A stretch of DNA of 64,000 bases from Nibricoccus sp. (lineage in GTDB: Bacteria; Verrucomicrobiota; Verrucomicrobiia; Opitutales; Opitutaceae), in the NCBI GenBank assembly GCA_047602425.1, contig JASGHG010000001.1:1152001-1216000 (forward strand), in the 5' to 3' direction. Each line of letters begins with the position of its first letter. Position 1 is the stretch's first letter. Positions 40,699-49,746 of this stretch are shown here, in pieces. The position numbers and the translations under genes are program-made. Below the pieces are notes generated by a model. The model did not search any database and was not told the DNA's origin. It worked only from the letters and a program-made list of their open reading frames with translations.

Positions 40699-41595
40699 AT
40701 GAAACGTCTCACTATGATCCTCGCGGTGGCCGCATTTGCGCCCGCCGCCTTTTCCGCCACACGCAGTGTTCCTTCGCAGTATTCCACCATCCAAGCCGCG
40801 GTTAATGCCGCCGCCAATAACGATACGATCAGCATCGCGAATGGCACTTATACCGAAGCGGTCACTATCCCTAGTACCAAAACAGGACTCAAACTCGTCG
40901 GTGCCAGCCAAAGCGGCGTCACCTTGCGGGTAACAACCGCCGCTCAAACGGCGCTTACCGTCAATGGCACCGACATCACCGTGAGCTATATGACGATTGC
41001 CAATACCGCGGGCGTCAGCGCCGGCCCCGCCCAAGCGGTACGCGTCAATAGCAAGCGTGTGGAATTTTATCACTGCTATATTAACGGCTATCAAGACACC
41101 TTCGCCATTTGGGACGGTGCAGTTGTCTATTGCAAACTCTCCGAAATTCGCGGGAGTGTGGATTTCATCTATAGCGGTGGAACCGCTTTTTTTGAGAGCT
41201 GCAATATCAAGCAAACGCGCAGCACGGGTGGCGTGAACACCGCACCGAGCACGCCTCAAACCGTGACGTACGGTTTTGTTTTCAGTTCCTGCACCATCAA
41301 CCGCGCCAGCGGTGTCGCCGATAACAGCTCCACGCTCATGCGCCCCTGGCGTCCTTACGGCCAGACAGCATATATCAATTGCTCGATGGACAGCCATATC
41401 ACCGCCGCCGGCTGGAGTCCGTGGGACGGTCGTGAGGCCACTTGCCGCGCAGCTGAATATGGCAGCAAGACCCTCTCCGGCGCCACCATCAGCCTGTCGT
41501 CCCGCTCCTCTTGGGTCGTGCGTCTGAGTTCCTCCCAAGCCGCGACATATTCCAGGAGCAACGTCCTTGGCGGTTGGACCCCGCCGCTGCTCTAG
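40699..41595 (+). CDS. Pectinesterase (CE8)
   Basis: YSTIQAAVNA, GTYTE, QAV, GYQDT, GSVDFIY, RPW, AEY; signal peptide from ATG 40699. Confidence 0.9.
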   Translation: MKRLTMILAVAAFAPAAFSATRSVPSQYSTIQAAVNAAANNDTISIANGTYTEAVTIPSTKTGLKLVGASQSGVTLRVTTAAQTALTVNGTDITVSYMTIANTAGVSAGPAQAVRVNSKRVEFYHCYINGYQDTFAIWDGAVVYCKLSEIRGSVDFIYSGGTAFFESCNIKQTRSTGGVNTAPSTPQTVTYGFVFSSCTINRASGVADNSSTLMRPWRPYGQTAYINCSMDSHITAAGWSPWDGREATCRAAEYGSKTLSGATISLSSRSSWVVRLSSSQAATYSRSNVLGGWTPPLL

Positions 41596-41938
41596 CTGGC
41601 AATCGACAAAGAGTGCCGAAGATTCCCGATGCTGGAATCTTTTGAAATCAATAGCACGCATACCAAAGCGGACGTCTTACAAATTTGAGGCAATCCCTCA
41701 AATTTCGACGTCCCCGTATGCGTGCTTAATTTCCTTCTACACGAAGACGCAAAAAAAGTCATCCGGCTAAATTTAATGGCAAAATGCTGCCCTAGTCTTT
41801 GAAGGAGTTAAAAAACTCCATTCGAGGCGAGGCCCCGGTTACAGCCAGAGCCGCGACCGAAAATAGTTGGCCCCGCCTTCGAGTCGAGAGCGTCAGATTG
41901 CGACTGGGGAACGCGATATACCCTTCGAAAGGTCCCAG

Positions 41939-42014
41939 TGGAGCCGAGCATCGGATTTGAACCGACGACCCACGCTTTACGAAAGCGTTGCTCTACCAAC
42001 TGAGCTAGCTCGGC
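41939..42014 (-). tRNA. tRNA-Thr(CGT)
   Basis: GCCGAGCTAGCTCAGTTGGTAGAGCAACGCTTTCGTAAAGCGTGGGTCGTCGGTTCAAATCCGATGCTCGGCTCCA: cloverleaf, anticodon CGT, encoded CCA. Confidence 0.97.
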
Positions 42015-42087
42015 GTACCACGGAACAGCGGAAGAAACTCGCCCTCCGCCCAAGGGCAAGCCTCAAATAGCGCCCTCATTTCCACCC

Positions 42088-43170
42088 GTGCCGCTTTCCA
42101 CCGATCTCTTTGACTATTCGCTTCCGCCACAACTCGTCGCGCAAACACCGGCCGCACGGCGCGATCAATCCCGACTGCTCGTTGTGGATCGCTCCCGCCA
42201 CACGATCTCCCATCACATTTTTACCGATCTGCCGCAATTTCTCAGGCCCAGCGATACTCTGATTCGCAACAATGCCAGCGTCCTTCCCGCCCGCTTGCTC
42301 GCCCGGCGCCCTACCGGCGGCGCAGTCGAATGTTTCTTGCTCCATGCCGAACCAACCCGCGGCGCCAACATCTGGGTCTGCCTCATCAAGCCCGGAAAAA
42401 AACTGCCTGTGGGAGCAACATTCAGCCATGGCGGAACCTTTACTGGTGAAATCCTAGAAAAATTCGAAGATGGTTCCGCCTGCGTGCGTTTCGCCACAGA
42501 ACACGACGAGCCCATCGCCGAAGTCGCCAACCGGCTCGGCCAGATTCCCCTTCCCCCTTACATCGAACGCGAGGGCACGCCCGCCGAACGCGCTCACGAT
42601 CTCGAACGCTACCAAACCGTCTACGCCAATCGCGCCAGACAGGTAGCCGTGGCCGCACCCACCGCAGGGCTGCACTTCACGCCCGAACTACTCGCCAAAC
42701 TCCAAAACGCGGGCGTTGGCACGGCCGAGGTCACGCTCCACGTGGGTCTGGGCACCTTCAAGCCCATCACCGCCTCCACCATCGAAGACCACGCGATCCA
42801 TCGCGAAATCTACGAAATGCCCGCCGAGACCCAGCGCGTGCTGTTCGCGCGGAATGGCGGCCGCCGGATTGCCGTCGGCACAACAAGTGTGCGCACGGTG
42901 GAGGATTTTCTCTCCAGGCACCAGGCGCCCTCAGAAAAAACGTACGTCGGCGAAGCCGATATTTTCATTTTTCCGCCCCATGACTTTCGCGGAATCGATG
43001 CGCTTATCACCAATTTCCATCAGCCCCGGTCAACATTACTCTGCCTCGTCTCGGCCTTTCTCGCGCCAAGCTCGACCGATGGCATCGCTTGGCTGCGAGA
43101 GATTTACGCCGAGGCCATTGCGCGTGAATATCGCTTTTTCAGTTATGGAGATGCCATGCTGATTTTGTAG
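42088..43170 (+). CDS. queA: S-adenosylmethionine:tRNA ribosyltransferase-isomerase
   Basis: FDYSLP..LVAQ, PLPPYI, YQTVYA, AAPTAGLHFT, TLHVGLGTF, TNFHQP, YRFFSYGDAM. Confidence 0.96.
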   Translation: MPLSTDLFDYSLPPQLVAQTPAARRDQSRLLVVDRSRHTISHHIFTDLPQFLRPSDTLIRNNASVLPARLLARRPTGGAVECFLLHAEPTRGANIWVCLIKPGKKLPVGATFSHGGTFTGEILEKFEDGSACVRFATEHDEPIAEVANRLGQIPLPPYIEREGTPAERAHDLERYQTVYANRARQVAVAAPTAGLHFTPELLAKLQNAGVGTAEVTLHVGLGTFKPITASTIEDHAIHREIYEMPAETQRVLFARNGGRRIAVGTTSVRTVEDFLSRHQAPSEKTYVGEADIFIFPPHDFRGIDALITNFHQPRSTLLCLVSAFLAPSSTDGIAWLREIYAEAIAREYRFFSYGDAMLIL

Positions 43171-43251
43171 TGAAAAAAACGCGGGCATCGCTTGCGCCCG
43201 GAGAAAAGTTGGGCTTTTTGTGGCGATTAGTTAAACATCAAACTATTTGCT

Positions 43252-43842
43252 ATGAAAACATCCTGTCGTCTGTTCCTCGCCGTGGCCGCCGTCGCGACCG
43301 CTTTCGCCCAAACCGCTTCCGCCGCGGTCGAAACCTACAAAATCGATCCCGTGCATTCGTCGGTCGGCTTCAGCATCCGCCACTTCGTGAGCAAAGTGCC
43401 CGGCACTTTCACCAAGTTCTCCGGTACCATCACCGTGGATCGCGATAATCTCGAAAAATCCTCCGTCGAAGCCACAATCGAGGTCGCCAGCGTCAATACC
43501 GCCAACGAAAAACGCGACGCGCATCTGCAGTCTCCCGACTTTTTCGACAGCGCCAAATACGGCACCGCTACTTTCAAAAGCAAATCGTGGAAAAAGACCG
43601 GCGAAGACGCCTTTGATGTAACCGGCGATCTCACTCTCCATGGCGTGACCAAACCCGTCGTGCTCAAAGCCAAACTCCTTGGGTTCGGCGAAGGCATGAA
43701 GGGCGCCAAGCTCTCCGGTTGGGAAGTCACCGGCGTGATCAACAAAGCCGACTTTGGCGTGAATGGACCCTCCATGCTCGGCAAGGCCCTCGGCGACGAA
43801 GTCACGATCAACATCGGCATCGAAGCCAGCTTGCAGCAGTAA
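43252..43842 (+). CDS. YceI-family periplasmic protein
   Basis: Signal peptide, YKIDPVHSSVGF, RDAHLQSPDFFD, GDLTLHGVTKPV. Confidence 0.92.
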   Translation: MKTSCRLFLAVAAVATAFAQTASAAVETYKIDPVHSSVGFSIRHFVSKVPGTFTKFSGTITVDRDNLEKSSVEATIEVASVNTANEKRDAHLQSPDFFDSAKYGTATFKSKSWKKTGEDAFDVTGDLTLHGVTKPVVLKAKLLGFGEGMKGAKLSGWEVTGVINKADFGVNGPSMLGKALGDEVTINIGIEASLQQ

Positions 43843-43863
43843 ACGATTTCACCCGCAGTACTC

Positions 43864-43898
43864 GAAGGGACGGCCTTTTTCGGCCGTCCTTTCTTTTT
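43864..43898 (+). terminator. Intrinsic terminator
   Basis: GAAGGGACGGCC-TTTTTC-GGCCGTCCTTTC followed by TTTTT. Confidence 0.8.
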
Positions 43899-43924
43899 GC
43901 TCAACTCTGCGTAACTTCCCTTCC

Positions 43925-44287
43925 ATGTCCGCCACCGATATCCAGACTCTGATCGACGACGCCACTTTCGATTTCACGATGGGCGAACATTCCGCCGCGC
44001 TGGAAAAACTGGGCCGCGCCACGGCCCAAGCACCGGACTCCTTCGCCGCCTGGCACGCGCTCGCCGAAATCAATTTTCATCTCCGCAACTTCGATGAAGC
44101 CCTGCGCGCCGCCGAACGCGCTCACGCGCTTTCCCCGGAGGATCTTTTCATCAATACCACCCTCTCGCGCATCTGGATGGAAAAAGGCGACAAGGCCACC
44201 GCGGAAAAATTTGGCGCGCAGGCAAAAATTCTCACTTGGAAAGATCAACTGAAGAATCCCGCCAATCACGCCAGCGGCCTGAGCTAA
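43925..44287 (+). CDS. Small tetratricopeptide-repeat protein
   Basis: AWHALAEINFHLRNFDEALRAAERAHALSP TPR pattern; ATG at 43925. Confidence 0.8.
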   Translation: MSATDIQTLIDDATFDFTMGEHSAALEKLGRATAQAPDSFAAWHALAEINFHLRNFDEALRAAERAHALSPEDLFINTTLSRIWMEKGDKATAEKFGAQAKILTWKDQLKNPANHASGLS

Positions 44288-44293
44288 ACGGCC

Positions 44294-46855
44294 TCACGGG
44301 CGCACGACCAATTGGGTGCGCAAACTGCGTTGGAAATATTTCCGCGCAAATGCCGCCAGCCCGTCGATTGTCACCGCATCGATATAGCCGCCATAATTTT
44401 GCCAGTCATTCAGCGGCTGCCCGCAAAGAGCGTTGAGCCCGGCCTGCATGGCGCGCGAGGAGTTTGTCTGCAGGCTCATCCGGCGCGCCGCCTTCAAACG
44501 TGTCTGACAACGAACCAACTCCTCTGCAGTAACCCGACCAGCCTGCACGCGTGCAATTTCGGCGTCGAATTCCGTCAGCACTTCGGTGTAGCTCTTGGGA
44601 CTGGTTCCGGCATAAAAAGTAAACATGCCCGTCTCCAGCCCGCTCACACGGGTGGAGCGGACAAAATACGCCAGTCCTTTTTCCTCCCGCACGCGTTCAA
44701 ACAAGCGCGACGACATGCCGCTGAAAAGTTCATCCGCCACCTCTCCGGTATAAAAATCCGGCGAGCACAAACCTGTGCCCGGAAAGGCCTGGAATACCAC
44801 CGCCTGTTCGCGGGGCTGAATTTCCACGAAATCGCCCACTTCGGCGGGGTTCTCGAACTTTATCGCCGGCGCAACAAGCGTTCCACGCGGCACACGGCCG
44901 AGCAGTTTTTTCAGACGCGGCACCAACGTTCGCCGGTCAAAATCGCCTGCGACCGCCAAGACCACGTTTCCCGCGACGAATAGTTTTTTCCACAATGCAG
45001 CAAGGTCGGCGGGTCTCAGCGCCTGCAAACCATCGATATCGCCACCCGGTTCCACACCCAACGGATAAGCTCCAAAAAATTTCTTTCGCACCAGTTTTCG
45101 TCCCACGGTCACAACATCGTCTGCATCCTGCTTCAGCTCGGCGATCTGCGCCTCGCATTCGGTCTTGAAAGTGGACGCTTTGAATGCCGGTGTAAAAATC
45201 GCCTCCTCCAGCAAGGCCAGCGCGCGGTCAATATCGGTCGGCAGCACCTCGGCCGCGAGACCAAGACTGTTGTTTCCGGAAAACGGAGAGAATGAACCGC
45301 CTACTTCCTCGATAAACTGAGCCACTTCAGCCGCGCTGCGCTGGCGGGTGTCCTTGGTTAGCATCGTCGCCAGCAGGCTGGTGGCTCCACGTTTGCCAGG
45401 CGTCTCGTAAAGCGCGCCGCCCAGACAAAGCAGGCGCAGATGGATATTGGGCAAATGCGGTTCGTGCTGCAGGAGCAAGCGCGCGCCGCCGGGCAGCTTG
45501 ATCTCCTCAAATTCGACCGTCTTTGGCGCGGTCTCTTTGGCGATATTCGCTGAATCGTTTTTCTCCAATGGGTCCAGCGAGACCGCCGTGCGTCGCGAGG
45601 GCACAAGATACGTTTTGATCACACGCTTCAGATCGGCGTTCGTCGCAGCACGCAGTTTCTCGAAATAATGTTCGGCAAATCCGATGTCGCCCGCCACCAC
45701 TTCGGCCGCGCCAAGACGGGCCGCCTGGCCGCTCATTGTTTTGCGGGAGTTGATCTCGCCCACCACAAGCTGGCGGATCGCTTTGCTCACCTGCGTCGGA
45801 CTGAAACCGCGTTCGGCGCAACGGGCGACCTCGCGCTCGATCGCCGCCGTGGCCGCCTCGCGTTTTCCCGCGTCGCAAGTGAACGAAATGTAGAAGAGTC
45901 CGATATCCGCCGGGGTCCAGCTGTGCGTGTCAATCGAGTGAACAAGGCGGGCCTTTTCGCGCACTGCCTGCCACAGAACCGAACTATCGCCTCCACCTAA
46001 CATCGTCGAAACAAGATCCAGCAACGGCGCGTCCGCATGCGCGATGCCCGGGATATGCCAGGCCAGCCCGGAACGCGTCAGTTCAACCGCTTCCTGTTTA
46101 TGCAATGCGCGGGGAGCAAGCTGCGCAGTCTCCTCGGCCAGCAGCACGGGTGCAAGGCGCTGGCGCGGGGCTGAGCCAAAATGCCTCGCGATTTCCGCCA
46201 GCGTGCCCTGGGGCTCGACGTCGCCGGCCACGACTACCACGAGGTTATTCGGCACGTAGCGCGATCGGTAATATCCCACGAGTTCCTCACGGGTCACTCC
46301 CGAGAATATTTCCCTGTAACCAATAATCGGATACTTAAACGGATGCTGGCGGAATGCCGTGTCAAAGAGCGTCTCGCCCAGCCGTTGGTCCGGATCGTCG
46401 CGCCCCATGTCGATTTCGCGCAGGATGACGTCCTTCTCGCGCGTCACTTCGTCGGCCGGCAGGGTGGCATGCAGCGTCATATCGGCCAGTAGATCGATCG
46501 CCACGCCTACATGCTCCGACGGCAAATCGATGTAATAGACGGTGCGGTCGAACGTCGTGTAGGCATTGATGTAACCGCCATGCGCCTGCACTGTAGTTGA
46601 AATTTCCCTTCCGGCCCGGCGCGCCGTGCCTTTGAAAAGCATGTGTTCCAGATAGTGCGAAAGCCCCGCGCCGAGCAGCGCGCCTTCATGAATGCTACCC
46701 GTCTTCACCCAAACCTGAACCGACGCCACCGGAGCCGAATGGTCGGGCTTGAGGAGCACCGTCAGGCCATTGGGGAGCACGGTGCGCTCAACCGGTTCCC
46801 GCCAGAAGGTGTCAAGCAGACGGAAATCGGAAGCTGAGGTGTCTTTTTTGGGCAT
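44294..46855 (-). CDS. M16 (pitrilysin-family) zinc peptidase, two-domain fusion
   Basis: GLSHYLEHMLFKGT (HxxEH), NAYTTFDRT, SSRLFERVREEKGLAY. Confidence 0.92.
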   Translation of the reverse strand: MPKKDTSASDFRLLDTFWREPVERTVLPNGLTVLLKPDHSAPVASVQVWVKTGSIHEGALLGAGLSHYLEHMLFKGTARRAGREISTTVQAHGGYINAYTTFDRTVYYIDLPSEHVGVAIDLLADMTLHATLPADEVTREKDVILREIDMGRDDPDQRLGETLFDTAFRQHPFKYPIIGYREIFSGVTREELVGYYRSRYVPNNLVVVVAGDVEPQGTLAEIARHFGSAPRQRLAPVLLAEETAQLAPRALHKQEAVELTRSGLAWHIPGIAHADAPLLDLVSTMLGGGDSSVLWQAVREKARLVHSIDTHSWTPADIGLFYISFTCDAGKREAATAAIEREVARCAERGFSPTQVSKAIRQLVVGEINSRKTMSGQAARLGAAEVVAGDIGFAEHYFEKLRAATNADLKRVIKTYLVPSRRTAVSLDPLEKNDSANIAKETAPKTVEFEEIKLPGGARLLLQHEPHLPNIHLRLLCLGGALYETPGKRGATSLLATMLTKDTRQRSAAEVAQFIEEVGGSFSPFSGNNSLGLAAEVLPTDIDRALALLEEAIFTPAFKASTFKTECEAQIAELKQDADDVVTVGRKLVRKKFFGAYPLGVEPGGDIDGLQALRPADLAALWKKLFVAGNVVLAVAGDFDRRTLVPRLKKLLGRVPRGTLVAPAIKFENPAEVGDFVEIQPREQAVVFQAFPGTGLCSPDFYTGEVADELFSGMSSRLFERVREEKGLAYFVRSTRVSGLETGMFTFYAGTSPKSYTEVLTEFDAEIARVQAGRVTAEELVRCQTRLKAARRMSLQTNSSRAMQAGLNALCGQPLNDWQNYGGYIDAVTIDGLAAFARKYFQRSLRTQLVVRP

Positions 46856-46933
46856 GATAAGGTGTTTTTTCTAACTCCAACCAATCGGTTAGGCACAAGC
46901 GTTCAGCAAAGCTCGGTCGCAATATAAGCGCGA

Positions 46934-47374
46934 TTAGGCAGAATCCGCAGTTTCAGCCGTTGGTGACCGCGCACGAGGCTTTCTCGTGGGCAAAAAGGGC
47001 TTCACGAAAGCATCATCGAAAGAGTAAATGTCCGAAAAGTCCTCGCGACGGTCATTCTCCGTCTTACTGAAGACGTTGTATTCAATTAGGTTAAAAACAA
47101 GATCACCAAAATCGCCGCAGCGAGTGATACCCCAGGAGTTCAAAACCGTCTTCGCCAGCGGACCATATTGATCCAGCGCGTAACTACGCAGGCCTTCAAG
47201 TAATTCAGCTCCGGACACGTGCTGACTGCGTTGAGCACGTTCGGTATCTTTTTTGCGCAAGTCCTTCACCGTCTGATCCAAGCCGTGGCGGATAAACGTG
47301 TAGGCTTTGCGGTCGTACCGGGGGTCTTCCTTGTGAATGAGCTCAACAACTTCGTTAAAATCCAGATCCTGCAT
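46934..47374 (-). CDS. Minf_1886-family (Verrucomicrobia/Planctomycetes-restricted) protein
   Basis: DPRY..KAYTFI, HVSGAELL, WGI..CGDFGDLVFNLIE. Confidence 0.78.
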   Translation of the reverse strand: MQDLDFNEVVELIHKEDPRYDRKAYTFIRHGLDQTVKDLRKKDTERAQRSQHVSGAELLEGLRSYALDQYGPLAKTVLNSWGITRCGDFGDLVFNLIEYNVFSKTENDRREDFSDIYSFDDAFVKPFLPTRKPRARSPTAETADSA

Positions 47375-47558
47375 GTTTTTCGAGTCTCTGACTACGTCTT
47401 AAACCGCATCAACCTCAAGCCTCCCGATAAAAAAAGTATCAGGTTTCCCCCTCTCGCGGGTGTAGGGGAAAATCTGGTATTGAAATAATTTTGCATAAGG
47501 CCTTACTTCCAATTTGCCATCATAGGCTAAACTGATCCCTATAAAAGAGCCTTAACCC

Positions 47559-48131
47559 ATGATCGCTTCTACCCAGACCAACCACCCTTTGGCTTCCGTC
47601 AAACAACCGGGTGCCAAACCCCAGGCCGCGATCGACGCCGCCTGCAGTCGGCTAAAAGCAGCTGGATTGCGAATCACCCAACCCCGTGTGGCGATCTTGG
47701 AAGCCCTGATTAAGCGAGCCCAACCAGCCAGTATCGAGCAAATCCACAACGACCTGTCCAATTCCGCGTGCGATCTCGTTACCGTCTATCGCTGTCTCGC
47801 TGCCTTTCAGGAAGTGGGCCTCGTCCGTCTTTGCTACTTTCACAACGGCACCAGCCTTTACCAAATCAACATCGAGACTGAGAGCCCTTACCATATCGTT
47901 TCCAAGGAAACCAACGAGGTGGAACAGCTGGATCAGGAAAGCTCGGCTGAACTCCGTGCAGTCTTGAGCCGGATCCAGGAATCGCTCCGCGCCCGCGGCT
48001 ACACCGAAGTTTCGCACATGGTTCAATTCTTCGCCCAAAAGCCGAAGTATTCCAACCCTCGCGAACAAGCCGCCGCCACCGCTTCGCTGCAAGCTCCCCA
48101 ACGCAATCAAGCTCCCGCGATTAAGGCCTGA
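47559..48131 (+). CDS. Fur-family transcriptional regulator (degenerate metal sites)
   Basis: LKAAGLRITQPRVAILE, DLVTVYRCL..F.EVGLV winged helix. Confidence 0.8.
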   Translation: MIASTQTNHPLASVKQPGAKPQAAIDAACSRLKAAGLRITQPRVAILEALIKRAQPASIEQIHNDLSNSACDLVTVYRCLAAFQEVGLVRLCYFHNGTSLYQINIETESPYHIVSKETNEVEQLDQESSAELRAVLSRIQESLRARGYTEVSHMVQFFAQKPKYSNPREQAAATASLQAPQRNQAPAIKA

Positions 48132-48156
48132 GCTTCGGCCTGACCGCCATCATTTT

Positions 48157-48188
48157 AAAACGCCGCACCGAAAGGTCGGCGTTTTTTT
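48157..48188 (+). terminator. Intrinsic, probably bidirectional terminator between the fur-like and sod genes
   Basis: AAAACGCCG-CACC-GAAA-GGT-CGGCG-TTTTTTT. Confidence 0.78.
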
Positions 48189-48237
48189 GCGTGGTCATGG
48201 ATTTTGCAACCTCGCGTTTGCGATGGCTCCGGAATTT

Positions 48238-48987
48238 TCACCCCGCAAATGCGTGGGTGTAATTCTGGGCGGCCTGCTCCCAGTTTACCACATTCCAGAA
48301 TGCCGTCACATAATCCGCCCGCTTGTTTTGATATTTCAGGTAATACGCGTGCTCCCAGACATCCAAGCCGAGCACGGGAATTTCGCCGGTCATCAGAGGC
48401 GAATCCTGGTTCGCGCTGGATTTCAGTACGAGCTTACCCTTCGAAACCACCAGCCAAGCCCAACCGCTGCCAAAACGTTTCATGGCAGCATCGGCGAACT
48501 GCATCTTAAACTGATCGAAACCGCCAAACGTTTTTGAAATCGCCTGCGCCAGTTCGCCCTTGGGTTCGCCTCCGGCGTTTGGCGCCAGAATTTGCCAGAA
48601 AAAGGCGTGGTTCACGTGTCCGCCCAGATTATTGCGCAACGTCGTGCGGTCGGGCTCCGGTAGTGAATCGAGTTTTCCAAGCAAATTCGCCGGCTCGTTG
48701 CTTAACCAATCCGGATGCTGCGCAAAGACCTTGTTCGCATTGGCGATATAGGCTTGATGGTGTTTCGTATGATGAATCTCCATCGTGCGCGCATCAATAT
48801 GCGGTTCGAGCGCATCGTAGGCGTATGGCAGTTTAGGCAAAGCCAACACCGTGGCCGTGCCGTCCGCCGAAGCGGCGCGCGAAGTTTGAAGCAAACCAAG
48901 GCTCACCAGTGCCGCCCCAGTACCCAGTGTCTTCAGCACTTCGCGACGCGTCATCCCGCCCGTTTCATTTTTCTCAGAGTAACTCAT
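48238..48987 (-). CDS. sodA: Fe/Mn superoxide dismutase (Mn-type signatures) with twin-arginine signal peptide
   Basis: [44 protein letters not shown]-terminal TRREVLK. Confidence 0.9.
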   Translation of the reverse strand: MSYSEKNETGGMTRREVLKTLGTGAALVSLGLLQTSRAASADGTATVLALPKLPYAYDALEPHIDARTMEIHHTKHHQAYIANANKVFAQHPDWLSNEPANLLGKLDSLPEPDRTTLRNNLGGHVNHAFFWQILAPNAGGEPKGELAQAISKTFGGFDQFKMQFADAAMKRFGSGWAWLVVSKGKLVLKSSANQDSPLMTGEIPVLGLDVWEHAYYLKYQNKRADYVTAFWNVVNWEQAAQNYTHAFAG

Positions 48988-49011
48988 AAAAACCAGTTAC
49001 CCAGAAAACGC

Positions 49012-49034
49012 AGGCCCGCAATGCATGCGGGCCT
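49012..49034 (-). terminator. Hairpin after the response regulator, possible weak terminator
   Basis: AGGCCCGCA-ATGCA-TGCGGGCCT; minus-strand tail GCGTTTTCT. Confidence 0.45.
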
Positions 49035-49038
49035 TTTC

Positions 49039-49746
49039 TCAAGCGTCGTAACGATAACCTACGCCGTGCACAGTCACGATCGTACAGGGTGACTCCGCCT
49101 CGGCTTCGATTTTCTTTCGCAGTTGCGCCACGTGCTGATCGAGCGTCCGCGTCGTGCCAAAATAATCGACGCCCCACGCCGCGTTGAGCAAGGCGTCCCG
49201 CGTCAATACTTCGCCCGGATGCGACGCAAAAACCTCGATAAGCTTTAGCTCGCGCGCAGTGAGCGCCGACGCCACGCCATCGACCGTCACGGTGAATTTC
49301 TTGCGGTCGATTTCCGCCGCGCCAAACCGCAGCACCGCGGGTAAATTGTCGTTCGCAGAATCGCCCGACTGACCCGCTGCGCGCGCACGCCGCAACAATG
49401 CCTCGACCCGCGCCAGCAGTTCGTGCACGCCAAATGGCTTGGCCATATAGTCGTCCGCGCCAAGTTTCAGGCCCACGACTTTATCAATCTCCTCGCCTTT
49501 GGCGGTGAGAAAAAGCACCGGCACGCGACTGTCTCGCGCACGAATTTCGCGACAGACATCGTAGCCGCTCTTCTTCGGCATCATCACGTCGAGGATAATG
49601 AGATCGAATTTCTCCTGTGCGAAAAGTTTCAACGCCTGCGCGCCGTCGGTCGCAGCCGTCACTGCATAGCCCTCGCTCTCCAATGTGGCGGCGAGCCCCA
49701 AGCGGATATTTGTGTCGTCTTCTGCGGTTAGGATTTTTGCTTTCAT
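49039..49746 (-). CDS. OmpR/PhoB-family response regulator
   Basis: AEDD, LDVMMP, GADDYMAKPF, TRTLDQHVAQLRKK, VHGVGY. Confidence 0.94.
   Translation of the reverse strand: MKAKILTAEDDTNIRLGLAATLESEGYAVTAATDGAQALKLFAQEKFDLIILDVMMPKKSGYDVCREIRARDSRVPVLFLTAKGEEIDKVVGLKLGADDYMAKPFGVHELLARVEALLRRARAAGQSGDSANDNLPAVLRFGAAEIDRKKFTVTVDGVASALTARELKLIEVFASHPGEVLTRDALLNAAWGVDYFGTTRTLDQHVAQLRKKIEAEAESPCTIVTVHGVGYRYDA

Noticed and set aside
39822..41661. Long antisense ORFs (252 and 340 aa) opposite the lyase and pectinesterase genes
   Set aside because: In-register shadows of well-supported genes; no recognisable motifs.
39547..41875. 11-nt inverted match CGGGGCCAACT on either side of the pectin genes
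   Set aside because: Does not extend and is GC-rich; compatible with chance, with no mobility gene nearby.
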